Positions 56,239 through 64,000 of a DNA stretch of 64,000 bases are shown here, piece after piece. The position numbers and the translations under genes were made by a program. Below the pieces are notes generated by a model, which was not told the origin of the DNA, did no database searches, and saw only the letters and a list, made by a program, of their open reading frames with translations. This stretch comes from a virus. The stretch covers positions 51,860 through 115,859 of IMG/VR virus record IMGVR_UViG_3300028115_000004. One strand, given 5' to 3'. Numbering within the stretch: the first letter of the stretch is position 1; every line of letters starts with the position of its first letter.

Positions 56239-56727
56239 ATGCCTAACCATAACAAGTATGATGTAGACATCATCAAAATAGTAGACGGAGATACCGTCGA
56301 TGTGGATATCGATATGGGATTTGGTATCTGTCTCAAGGACGAACGTGTTCGTATCATGGGCATTGATACACCTGAGTCACGTACCCGTGACAGAGTAGAA
56401 GACCTGTTTGGTGAGGCTGCAAAGGCACGTCTCAAGGAACTGTTGAAGGGCGGTGCAAAACTGATCACCACTGAAGATAAACACGGTGAGGACATGAAGG
56501 GTAAGTTTGGACGTATCCTTGGTGACTTCGAAGTGTATGACGGAGAACTAGATAGATGGACTCCCGTCACTGATATCATGATTCGTGAAGGTCATTGTGT
56601 ACCTTACTTTGGTGGATCGAAGGAAGAGATTCAGGCCAAACATATGGTCAACCGTGAGAAACTTCTCCGTGAAGGGATTGTGTCTCAAGAAGATTATGAC
56701 GCTGCTGTTGAGAAAATGAAAGGGTAG
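56239..56727 (+). CDS. Thermonuclease (SNase-like)
   Basis: IVDGDTVD, RVRIMGIDTPE, GKFGRILG. Confidence 0.88.
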   Translation: MPNHNKYDVDIIKIVDGDTVDVDIDMGFGICLKDERVRIMGIDTPESRTRDRVEDLFGEAAKARLKELLKGGAKLITTEDKHGEDMKGKFGRILGDFEVYDGELDRWTPVTDIMIREGHCVPYFGGSKEEIQAKHMVNREKLLREGIVSQEDYDAAVEKMKG

Positions 56728-56730
56728 ATA

Positions 56731-57378
56731 ATGAGAATTAATGTTTTGGGTAATGGTGACCATGCTTATATGTTTAAGCGTGGTATGCCAGGCAAGTTGT
56801 TGATCTGTAATATGCCTCCTTTTGAGATTCCTCGTAAGGAAGTATTTGCGCCTTGCATGGTCGATTTTAAGATGATGAAAGCCCTCGCTGAGGGTCATGT
56901 TAAACTTGACATGTATGATTGGGTGTTGGGTATGCGTCCCCGTCGATGGATGGAAATGCAACCCTCATTCTATCTAAAATATTCTCAAAACATTAAAGCA
57001 TTTCATCAACACGTTCCTAAATACGCACAGTTGCCGGGACAGTCAGAAGGACAGGCTGCAACCAATTATAGTTGTGGTCACATGGCAGTAGACTATGCGT
57101 GCCGTGCACTGAAAGCAGATGAGGTTCACATCTATGGGTTCGACTCTATGTTTGAGTTGAACCTGAGAAGTTCTACAGACTTGATCCTAGAAAGTGATAG
57201 GGGTCACGCCAACACTTTTCGACTTGCGAATAACTGGCGCCCAGTCTTCACTATGATATTTAAAGAGTTTAAGAACACCAAGTTCTACCTCTATCATAGT
57301 CATAATAAGATTAGGATTGAGATTCCAGATAACGTAACTATTGTAACAGAGGTAAAGAAAAATGTGGCAGGACATTAA
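56731..57378 (+). CDS. Maf/sialyltransferase-like Rossmann glycosyltransferase
   Basis: VLGNG, CN, MVD, SCGHMA...VHIYGFD. Confidence 0.5.
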   Translation: MRINVLGNGDHAYMFKRGMPGKLLICNMPPFEIPRKEVFAPCMVDFKMMKALAEGHVKLDMYDWVLGMRPRRWMEMQPSFYLKYSQNIKAFHQHVPKYAQLPGQSEGQAATNYSCGHMAVDYACRALKADEVHIYGFDSMFELNLRSSTDLILESDRGHANTFRLANNWRPVFTMIFKEFKNTKFYLYHSHNKIRIEIPDNVTIVTEVKKNVAGH

Positions 57379-57496
57379 AGAAGAATGTGTGTGGTTTCTA
57401 AAAAAGACATGGGAAGATTTTAAACACGTTTGGAAGGCTCATCCCAACGTTCATATTTGGTGGACTATTGCGTTCTTGATTGCCCTATTTGTATAA
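57362..57496 (+). CDS. Small membrane peptide (44 aa, not in track)
   Basis: GAGG RBS; C-terminal IWWTIAFLIALFV. Confidence 0.5.
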   Translation: MWQDIKEECVWFLKKTWEDFKHVWKAHPNVHIWWTIAFLIALFV

Positions 57497-57499
57497 ATA
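57492..57499 (+). promoter_or_regulatory. T4-type late promoter
   Basis: TATAAATA before ATG 57533. Confidence 0.7.
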
Positions 57500-57532
57500 A
57501 ACATATAAATTTACTTTCAGGGTTCGCAGTCA

Positions 57533-58405
57533 ATGCAAAAGTTTACATCGTTCCTTACCGAACAAAACTTCTTGTTAGAAGAAGCAGAAACACTTCTAGA
57601 AAAACTGATCACCTTTGGTGGCAAAGCATATCCCAAGTACGGTAACATCGTCCTTATGGCCGGTGGTGCAGGATCGGGTAAGGGTTTTGTTCTGGGGAAT
57701 CTGGTTGGTTTAGAAGGTAAGGTTTTTGATGTGGATGAACTCAAGACTCTTGCATCTAAGACTCCCGCAATCAAGAGACGTGTCGCCAAAGAACTTGGTG
57801 TTGATCTGGAAGACCTTGCCAACAATCTCAAGAACACTGAGAATGTAGGCAAGCTCCATGACATCATGGGCGAGTATCTCAAGATCGACAAGCGTAAGGA
57901 ACAGGCATTCTACCGTAGTGTCCTCACTGCACCCGAAGATCGTAAACCCAACATCATCTTTGACATGACTCTGAAGTCCCTAGACAAACTCGACAAGGTT
58001 GCACGTGATGCATCTATGTTGGGTTATGACAAGAAGAACATTCACATCGTCTGGGTGGTCAACGACATCGAAGTTGCACAGAAACAGAATGCTGCACGTT
58101 CACGTACCGTATCTTCAGATATTCTAATCAACACTCATCGTGGTGCCGCAAACACTATGGGCGACATCATCAACATGGGGTCACGTCTCAAGAAGTACAT
58201 TGATGGAGACATCGTGTTCGCATTCAACAAAGTTGGTGTTGATGCAAACCTAGTCAAGTCGGGTAAGGGTGGTTCTTATGTCAAGGACGCAAACTACTTC
58301 TACGTAAAACGTGCGGGTAAAGCACCTACGTCCGTTGACAAGTTAGATAAAGAGATTCGTGCGAAGATCAAAGCCTACGTCCCGAAGAACGTAGACTGGG
58401 ATTAA
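57533..58405 (+). CDS. P-loop kinase (zeta-toxin/Pnk-like) with capsid-targeting-like N-terminus
   Basis: MQKFTSFLTE; MAGGAGSGKG, DVD, IIFDMT, A.KQN..R.R.V lid. Confidence 0.65.
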   Translation: MQKFTSFLTEQNFLLEEAETLLEKLITFGGKAYPKYGNIVLMAGGAGSGKGFVLGNLVGLEGKVFDVDELKTLASKTPAIKRRVAKELGVDLEDLANNLKNTENVGKLHDIMGEYLKIDKRKEQAFYRSVLTAPEDRKPNIIFDMTLKSLDKLDKVARDASMLGYDKKNIHIVWVVNDIEVAQKQNAARSRTVSSDILINTHRGAANTMGDIINMGSRLKKYIDGDIVFAFNKVGVDANLVKSGKGGSYVKDANYFYVKRAGKAPTSVDKLDKEIRAKIKAYVPKNVDWD

Positions 58406-59265
58406 ACTACAGTAACGCACCTTTCGATTGCTTGGAAGTGGGTAGGTCTACCTGTCACCACTTCCTGATCCCACTCTGCACGATTTGAGAATGCCTTCAC
58501 AATCTGAGGGTTGATGTCTTTGATACTCTCTCTATCAGAGAATTTCAACTTATCTGCTTCACCGTAATAGATATCGACCAACTCACCACCAGCCTTTAAT
58601 GCACCGCCCCATCTCGATTTGATTTGTTGAGATGTGAAAGTGGTATCGTCATATTTCTTAGGAACACCCAAGAATACAATCGCATCAAACGGTTCTTCTG
58701 GTTGAGTTAACGGGGCAGTAGACTCACTACCGTGCTTGTATTGTTTGTTGGTCTCAATGGTTGGGATATCCCATTTCTCATACAGATAGTGCATTGCACC
58801 ATTATGTTTCGACTCGGGTGGTTTAGTGATTGTCACATTGAACCCATATCCATAGACCTTTGCAAGGATAGGGAGGAACTGATAACTTACATTGAAATCC
58901 ATCACTGCAGATACGTTTCTAGACTCATAGGGGATAGCATCAAGGATTCTGTCGCTTGCGGTGTCTAACATCCAGTTCATAGTTTCGCCCTGATTGTAGT
59001 GACCCACAAACAGAACGTTCTTATATCCACGTCCAGCGAGAATGTTAAGTAGTACAGGGCCACGTGTCATTACCGCCAACATGCCGTTCTGTGTCTCTGT
59101 CTTGTAGGTTAACAGAGGTTGCACTGTAGTCTTATAGTTCTTCAATCTACCGTTAAGTTCACCGTAAAGATCAGTCTTCACGGATTTATGAACAATCTTG
59201 GATTGATAGAGACCATCTTCATCTCTAGTGTAAACAATAAACTCTGAGTCGCTTTTATATAACAT
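58402..59265 (-). CDS. Hypothetical protein, possible degenerate methyltransferase fold
   Basis: 287 aa; FDAIVFLG...LKAGGELVD. Confidence 0.5.
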   Translation of the reverse strand: MLYKSDSEFIVYTRDEDGLYQSKIVHKSVKTDLYGELNGRLKNYKTTVQPLLTYKTETQNGMLAVMTRGPVLLNILAGRGYKNVLFVGHYNQGETMNWMLDTASDRILDAIPYESRNVSAVMDFNVSYQFLPILAKVYGYGFNVTITKPPESKHNGAMHYLYEKWDIPTIETNKQYKHGSESTAPLTQPEEPFDAIVFLGVPKKYDDTTFTSQQIKSRWGGALKAGGELVDIYYGEADKLKFSDRESIKDINPQIVKAFSNRAEWDQEVVTGRPTHFQAIERCVTVV

Positions 59266-59267
59266 GG

Positions 59268-59531
59268 TTATCCCTTGTAGATGTTCTGAATGTGGTCTTC
59301 AAACTGTTCGATCTTCTCTAGTCTGTTAGGCCATAGTATATATTCCTTCTCTGGATTCTGTTTCAGGTTGTTCAGTAGGGGTTGAACCGCATTGAACAAC
59401 TTGTCGAGTTTCTCCTGAGTAGAAATGACCGCAGTGGTATTCTGAGATACAGTCTGCTGTGCCTGTTGTACGACTTCCAGTTCATTCTCGTTTGCGAAGG
59501 TGAACCCAAAGTCAAATAGTTCGTCACTCAT
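59268..59531 (-). CDS. Conserved T4-like hypothetical protein
   Basis: FDFGFT, PLLNNLKQNPEKEYILWPNR. Confidence 0.7.
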   Translation of the reverse strand: MSDELFDFGFTFANENELEVVQQAQQTVSQNTTAVISTQEKLDKLFNAVQPLLNNLKQNPEKEYILWPNRLEKIEQFEDHIQNIYKG

Positions 59532-59567
59532 ATTTATACCTGTTTTTAAAAAAATTTCACTTTTTTC

Positions 59568-59575
59568 TATTTATA
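59568..59575 (-). promoter_or_regulatory. Late promoter for the minus-strand gene pair
   Basis: TATTTATA on + = TATAAATA on -; second copy at 59531-59538. Confidence 0.65.
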
Positions 59576-59630
59576 CGCTTGACAACCCCCACAGAAGCTG
59601 ATACACTTACCTCTGTAAATTGATGAGAGG
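59576..59630 (+). promoter_or_regulatory. Early promoter with conserved leader
   Basis: CGC TTGACA(59579) -17- TACACT(59602) TACCTCTGTAAATTGATGAGAGG. Confidence 0.7.
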
Positions 59631-59639
59631 AAGTAAATT

Positions 59640-60035
59640 ATGAAGTTATCAGTTATCCACCGTGCGTTTGAAGAGTCTTCACGTCTAGTTGCGTTCGTTG
59701 ACGTTTCCGATGATATGCCTGTCATGGAGGCCCTTGAGTACGCCTACCATCGAACTCAGAACCTTGCGGGTTCTTGGTCTCGTGAATCAGAGTTTGAATT
59801 TGGTGGTGAGATTCACCAGAACCCCGACTTTTCTGAAGACGTGACTGTCATGGCTGATCTGCCCGTCAGTAAGCGTACTGGTCAAGTGATGGGTCTTCGT
59901 TCGACCTCTGTGGGTGACCACATTCTGTGCGGCCGCACCAAGTACGCCGTAGCAGATTTTGGATTCGATAAGATTAACCCGAATGAGTTCGACTCATTCA
60001 CAACACAGGAGAAATATGCCACAAGTAACGCCTAG
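59640..60035 (+). CDS. Hypothetical early protein
   Basis: LEYAY..TQN..GSW, LRSTSVGD. Confidence 0.65.
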   Translation: MKLSVIHRAFEESSRLVAFVDVSDDMPVMEALEYAYHRTQNLAGSWSRESEFEFGGEIHQNPDFSEDVTVMADLPVSKRTGQVMGLRSTSVGDHILCGRTKYAVADFGFDKINPNEFDSFTTQEKYATSNA

Positions 60036-60255
60036 AACAACTGGATACAAAGGTCAGTACACCGAAGACTTCACCAAGATGTTGAATAGATTCAAGAGAG
60101 CCTGCAACAAAGCAGGTATCGTAGCGGAAGTTAAGAAGAGAAAGTACTACGTTAAACCTAACGAGACTAAGAATCAATTTAACAGTAAACTCAAGAGAAA
60201 AAAGAAACTTGCGAAATTCAAATCCCAGAACGAGGGTAGAAAAAAGGCAAGTTAG
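60016..60255 (+). CDS. rpsU: Ribosomal protein bS21 homologue
   Basis: EDFTKMLNRFKRACNKAGIVAEVKKRKYYVKP matches the bS21 pattern (LRRFKR.C.KAG...E.R.R..YEKP); AGGAG RBS. Confidence 0.85.
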   Translation: MPQVTPRTTGYKGQYTEDFTKMLNRFKRACNKAGIVAEVKKRKYYVKPNETKNQFNSKLKRKKKLAKFKSQNEGRKKAS

Positions 60256-60266
60256 GAGTTATATTA

Positions 60267-60551
60267 ATGTTTCATGGTTCTATGCGTCACTACGCCAGTG
60301 GTCGTAAGAAGAAGGTCAACTGTTGGACTAAAACCAAGTCTAGGGAGAGGGAGTTCGTACCCTATACCCCATCCGAACCCTTTCGGAGGGATACCCCCAA
60401 TTACCCCTCTGTAGGGGTCACAGAGTACCGCCCTGAGGCGGACAAATCCTACATGGTAGAGGAATCCAAGAAGTTTACCGTTGCGCCTGCGTACAATAAG
60501 GGTGCGTATCAGGTTATTCCAAAAAGTGATATCAAACACATCGGTAAGTAG
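60267..60551 (+). CDS. Conserved phage hypothetical protein
   Basis: RRDTPNYPS, TVAPAYNKGAYQVI...DIKHIG. Confidence 0.7.
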   Translation: MFHGSMRHYASGRKKKVNCWTKTKSREREFVPYTPSEPFRRDTPNYPSVGVTEYRPEADKSYMVEESKKFTVAPAYNKGAYQVIPKSDIKHIGK

Positions 60552-60560
60552 AAAATATTC

Positions 60561-60610
60561 TAAAAAAAGTCAAAAAAAGTGTTGCTTTCTTGTTTTAGTT
60601 ATGAGATAAT
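60561..60610 (+). promoter_or_regulatory. Early promoter with phased A-tracts
   Basis: AAAAAAAGTCAAAAAAAGTG TTGCTT(60582) -17- GATAAT(60605). Confidence 0.7.
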
Positions 60611-60638
60611 GTCTTTGTTGATTGGGGGTGAATAGATT

Positions 60639-60908
60639 ATGAAATTTGAACGATTTGAACAGATCCACTACGGCTTTATGTTGAGAGACTTCTCTCTGAA
60701 AAGCATCGGTATTACCGAACAATACGCTCTTGAAGAGATTATCCGTTTGCGTGATTGCTGTTGTGAGACTGACTACTACCGTCTGAGCCGTGTGGGTTCT
60801 ACCTTTCAGTTGTCCCGCAAAGGACGTATGTTGATTTGGCGACTGCGTGAGAACGCAAAGAACCACGCCTCTATTGAAGATGAAATGCGAGAAGCAGGAG
60901 TACTGTAA
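60639..60908 (+). CDS. Hypothetical early protein
   Basis: First ORF after the promoter. Confidence 0.6.
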   Translation: MKFERFEQIHYGFMLRDFSLKSIGITEQYALEEIIRLRDCCCETDYYRLSRVGSTFQLSRKGRMLIWRLRENAKNHASIEDEMREAGVL

Positions 60909-61081
60909 TGACTTTATCTTTTGATTGTGTTACCCAAAACTTTCCATCAACCATTGGTATGGCGGTAGGTTCTACCGTTATCGTGCGGGACGTTCCCGCT
61001 TCATCTAACCCCAACGGGGTGGCCACCCTAGAGGTCAAACGTCTGACCGAAGACTACTGCAATGTAGCGGAGGTGAAGTGA
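60908..61081 (+). CDS. Small hypothetical protein (57 aa, not in track)
   Basis: AGGAG RBS; TAATG coupling. Confidence 0.55.
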   Translation: MTLSFDCVTQNFPSTIGMAVGSTVIVRDVPASSNPNGVATLEVKRLTEDYCNVAEVK

Positions 61082-61191
61082 TGTCGAAATACAATAAAGA
61101 GGCTGTGGATAAGTCCATCAAAAAAGACCCCCGAATCAAGGGTAAGGAGGCGAAGTTGATCCATGCCCTCCTGAAGGGTCGTAATCGATAA
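61081..61191 (+). CDS. Small basic peptide (36 aa, not in track)
   Basis: GGAGG RBS; MSKYNKEAVDKSIKKDPRIKGKEAKLIHALLKGR. Confidence 0.55.
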   Translation: MSKYNKEAVDKSIKKDPRIKGKEAKLIHALLKGRNR

Positions 61192-61230
61192 AACCTATCG
61201 ATCCGGAGATAATGATCGAAAAAATCCATG

Positions 61231-61292
61231 AAAAAGGTGTTGACTTTGACCCCATTTCTTGAGATAATAGTACCCTAAGTTGATGAGAGAGG
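61231..61292 (+). promoter_or_regulatory. Early promoter with conserved leader
   Basis: TTGACT(61240) -17- GATAAT(61263) AGTACCCTAAGTTGATGAGAGAGG. Confidence 0.7.
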
Positions 61293-61299
61293 TGTTACC

Positions 61300-61737
61300 A
61301 TGATGAATTTTGCGATTGAAGGTCAAGTCAAGAACAAAGCGGTTGTTTATTTCTTTGTCGAAAACCTTATCCGTGAGTTGGGTATGGCCCGTCTCCGTAA
61401 ACCCGCTATTGTTATCAAGTTTGTCAACAAGTGTGATGCGTTCGGTCTCTGCGATGGTCAGAAGGGTGAGTACGCTGAGATTCACATTGCCAAGAAGTGT
61501 CCCGCCACTGGTCGGAAACTCGGTTTCATTGAGATGATGCAGACTCTCGCTCACGAGATGGTTCACGCTCGCCAGTTCCTTCGTGGTCAGTTGAACAACG
61601 AAAGCGGTTGGGCTTGGAAGGGTCGCCGTGCGGACAACTTCGAATATGAAAACCAACCTTGGGAGAAGGAAGCGTATCGTCTTGAGAAGACTCTCTTCAT
61701 GGACTGCTTCCCCCACTTTGCTGAGTTCAATAACTAG
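61300..61737 (+). CDS. HExxH metallopeptidase-like protein
   Basis: TLAHEMVHARQ ... PWEKEAY. Confidence 0.75.
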   Translation: MMNFAIEGQVKNKAVVYFFVENLIRELGMARLRKPAIVIKFVNKCDAFGLCDGQKGEYAEIHIAKKCPATGRKLGFIEMMQTLAHEMVHARQFLRGQLNNESGWAWKGRRADNFEYENQPWEKEAYRLEKTLFMDCFPHFAEFNN

Positions 61738-61746
61738 GAGTGAATA

Positions 61747-61920
61747 ATGGAATTCAAAAGTTTTCTGCGAGAGAAGTATTATGAGTATCGTGAAGAGGTT
61801 GTCCTGTACAAGGAAACTGTCATGACGTTTGATGAGTATGTGGGGAAGTACTCCCACTGGTTGAAGGATATGTATTATGCCGAAGAAGACAAGAAACCAG
61901 AATCCGGTAGCGAAGTTTAG
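61747..61920 (+). CDS. Small hypothetical protein (57 aa, not in track)
   Basis: AGGAG RBS; MEFKSFLREKYYEY... Confidence 0.55.
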   Translation: MEFKSFLREKYYEYREEVVLYKETVMTFDEYVGKYSHWLKDMYYAEEDKKPESGSEV

Positions 61921-62053
61921 TCGCAAGTTTAACAAGGCGGTCACGATGACTGACCGTAAAAAGGAGTCCAAGAAGACAGGAGTCTTGGGCCGTAACAAGT
62001 GCATAGACGAAAATTTCTATGACAGTGATGGAGGTTTTAAAAATGACTACTAA
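61877..62053 (+). CDS. Small basic protein (58 aa, not in track)
   Basis: NPVAKFSRKFNKAVTMTDRKK; AAGGA RBS. Confidence 0.5.
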   Translation: MPKKTRNQNPVAKFSRKFNKAVTMTDRKKESKKTGVLGRNKCIDENFYDSDGGFKNDY

Positions 62054-62321
62054 AACTTATATTGAGATTGATGCGGCTCCTTGGATCACCCAAGATGGTT
62101 TCGTTGAAGTTGGTGTATACCTTGGTGACGCTTGCGAACCTTCTTATATTGAAAAGAAGTCTATTAAAGAGTTGATCGATCAAGAACTCAATAGTTATAC
62201 TGTTCCTGGCTCAGACCAGATCGTTCCAATTCACTTCAAAGATGTTGAGGAACTTCTGAAGAATCTGAAGAGTGCATACAAGTATGCGAAGAAACTTGCG
62301 AAGGAAATGGGGGTTGAGTGA
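62043..62321 (+). CDS. Hypothetical protein
   Basis: GGAGG RBS. Confidence 0.6.
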   Translation: MTTKTYIEIDAAPWITQDGFVEVGVYLGDACEPSYIEKKSIKELIDQELNSYTVPGSDQIVPIHFKDVEELLKNLKSAYKYAKKLAKEMGVE

Positions 62322-62611
62322 TGAAGAATCGTTATGGTGATGAGTATCACTACGAGAAAATCGGTGACAACGAATACAAGTTCGTCATGGAAGGCGACTC
62401 CATGAAGTATTGTCGGGTTGGTGGCAAACACCTTCAGGAAGGCATTGACCATGATGATCTTGGTATGTTTGATGCGAGCGGTGGCCCGTATATTGCGGTT
62501 GGTTCCAAGGTTTACTACGATGAGATTCTTGGTGGTCAGAAGGGTGATGAACCTTTGATTGTGAAACGCATCCGTAGTACCGATGAAGGTATCATCGTAG
62601 AGGTTGAGTGA
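62318..62611 (+). CDS. Conserved phage hypothetical protein
   Basis: NRYGDEY, MFDASGGPYI.VG. Confidence 0.65.
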   Translation: MMKNRYGDEYHYEKIGDNEYKFVMEGDSMKYCRVGGKHLQEGIDHDDLGMFDASGGPYIAVGSKVYYDEILGGQKGDEPLIVKRIRSTDEGIIVEVE

Positions 62612-63135
62612 TGAATATATTTGGTATTGAGTATGACGATAAACGGGGATTCAAGTTCCCGTGTGCAATTGACTCTGCACGTTCGCAATGCGATAAACAT
62701 GTGGTGAAGATGCCCCTTGAGTCAGCTCAGATGTTGTGTACTGTTCATCGTGTTCTTGATGGTGGTAACGAAGACCTCTACAAGATTGCACACCCCAAAC
62801 ACCCTTCGACTCTGTGGACTATGGAGTCAGATTCGAACTACCAATGGCACTACCGTCACTGGATGGAACTCTGTAAGGAGTACACCTATCGTTACGGTAA
62901 GGTACACAAGTCTTGGGAGAAGTTCGGTAATCGTCTCTCACGTTTGCCTGCGAACATCCCCAAAGGAGGGTTCACCCCATTCAAACTCGCATTCAAGACT
63001 CATCCTGAGTGTATAGTTGAAGGCGATCCGGTTGCGTCCTACCGGAACTTCTACCAGACTAAACAGTCTCGTTTTGATATGAAGTGGACGAAACGAAAAA
63101 TTCCAAATTGGTTCTTGACAGAAGAGGTAGTATAA
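62608..63135 (+). CDS. Pyrimidine-dimer DNA glycosylase (DenV)-like protein
   Basis: MNIF, CDKHVVKMPLESAQML, HPKHPSTLW, EYTYRYGKVH, VASYRNFY. Confidence 0.75.
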   Translation: MMNIFGIEYDDKRGFKFPCAIDSARSQCDKHVVKMPLESAQMLCTVHRVLDGGNEDLYKIAHPKHPSTLWTMESDSNYQWHYRHWMELCKEYTYRYGKVHKSWEKFGNRLSRLPANIPKGGFTPFKLAFKTHPECIVEGDPVASYRNFYQTKQSRFDMKWTKRKIPNWFLTEEVV

Positions 63136-63142
63136 GTATATA

Positions 63143-63370
63143 ATGGACGCACTTAAAAAAGCAGAGAGGTACGCAATGATTCGACGAGCTGCATTGAAGA
63201 TTCAGCAACGTCAACAGAGCCAACGTCGAGCACATACTCTTGTGAAGAAGTATGAGAAGGCGCTGGATAAACTAGATGATCAATCTAGTATGCACTGGTC
63301 GGATACTGACCGTTATCTTGATTCACATTATGGTGATCGTGTAAAAGGAGAAAAAAATGATGGCTATTGA
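63143..63370 (+). CDS. Hypothetical protein
   Basis: GAGG RBS; TTGACA/TATAAT-like elements upstream. Confidence 0.55.
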   Translation: MDALKKAERYAMIRRAALKIQQRQQSQRRAHTLVKKYEKALDKLDDQSSMHWSDTDRYLDSHYGDRVKGEKNDGY

Positions 63371-63626
63371 TCTAAGTCGTGACGACATGTTAGGTATGCT
63401 CCGTGAAGGAGCTGTCAAACTGTCGTTTGAGAAAGTAAAGGATGGTGCGATTCGTGAGATGTCCGCTACCCTAGTTCAGGATTCTATTCCTGTTGATAAG
63501 ATGCCGAAAGGCGGTACGGTTGATCAGACTGTGGGTGGCGAGTCTACCCTGCGTGTCTTTGATACTGACATTCAGGAGTGGCGTTCGTTTCGCATAGATA
63601 AGGTTTTAACCTTTAACAAGGCGTAA
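63360..63626 (+). CDS. WYL-like SH3/Sm beta-barrel protein
   Basis: FEKVKDGAIREMSATL...VFDTDIQEWRSFR. Confidence 0.75.
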   Translation: MAIDLSRDDMLGMLREGAVKLSFEKVKDGAIREMSATLVQDSIPVDKMPKGGTVDQTVGGESTLRVFDTDIQEWRSFRIDKVLTFNKA

Positions 63627-63628
63627 CA

Positions 63629-64000
63629 ATGACTAAAGGACAGAAAGCTGCAGAGACCCGTAAACTCAAACAACAGAAGATGTTGGATAAGTTGGGTTTC
63701 GAACGCAAGAAGGTAAAACGAAAGCGTAAACCCATGACCGAAGAACAACGCAAGGCTGCTGCAGAGCGTCTTGCGAAGGCACGTGAAGCACGTGGTCATA
63801 CGGGTGCGCTTTCTGTCCATCATTCGATTCGTGATCTACCCGAAGACCATTACCTTAATTGGAAGAAGGTCAAGGAGTGGATCAAAGATAATGAGATGAA
63901 ACTTCGTGGTATGAAGACTATGAAGGACTCTTCTAATTGGAAGGAGAGGGCCGATTATCAGAGTCTTGAAGTTTACATCAAGAATATGAAGTCGTACTTA
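63629..64000 (+). CDS. Basic hypothetical protein, 3'-truncated by window edge
   Basis: RKPMTEEQRKAAAERLAKAREAR; frame is open to the window end. Confidence 0.65.
   Translation, partial: MTKGQKAAETRKLKQQKMLDKLGFERKKVKRKRKPMTEEQRKAAAERLAKAREARGHTGALSVHHSIRDLPEDHYLNWKKVKEWIKDNEMKLRGMKTMKDSSNWKERADYQSLEVYIKNMKSYL

Noticed and set aside
61195-62004. 269-aa minus-strand ORF
   Set aside because: Overlaps an early promoter and three + strand genes with good RBSs; no recognisable motifs
61877-62053. ArfA-like ribosome rescue factor
   Set aside because: Only basic composition is similar; the KGKGSY motif is absent
1-64000. Alternative genetic code, tRNA genes or inteins
   Set aside because: Conserved genes are full-length in code 11 and end at TAA, TAG and TGA; intergenic gaps are short and I saw no cloverleaf or intein motifs. 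tRNAscan-SE/Infernal would be needed to exclude small RNAs

Overview
A 64-kb slice of a large T4-like (myovirus-type) bacteriophage genome, probably aquatic and infecting a Gram-negative host (spanin pair, lipoproteins, sigma70-type promoters). Nearly all genes are on the + strand and tightly packed. Core T4-like genes: family B DNA polymerase (gp43, C-terminal part), UvsX, gp41 helicase, DsbA, ThyX, NrdA (with a fused glutaredoxin) and NrdB, GIY-YIG nuclease, PhoH, T4-type lysozyme, spanins, GroES and a bS21 ribosomal protein. Both T4 late promoters (TATAAATA) and a family of conserved sigma70-type early promoters are visible. The notable accessory content is: (1) a late, hairpin-gated 7-gene operon (13.3-17.0 kb) of exported/membrane proteins including a chaperone-usher-type pilin-like subunit and a PapD-like chaperone but no usher, which is my best candidate for an undescribed system; (2) a late block (20-30 kb, plus 57.5 kb) of proteins with T4 capsid-targeting-like N-termini, including nuclease-, ligase-, nucleotidyltransferase- and kinase-like enzymes; (3) two divergent ANL adenylation-like paralogues and tandem SGNH hydrolases; (4) a ~17-kb glycan-tailoring island with a late ferritin-like/amidotransferase/cupin sub-operon. 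All assignments come from motif recognition by eye; no searches were run, and start codons were adjusted using RBS context. I saw no tRNA, CRISPR array, intron or intein.
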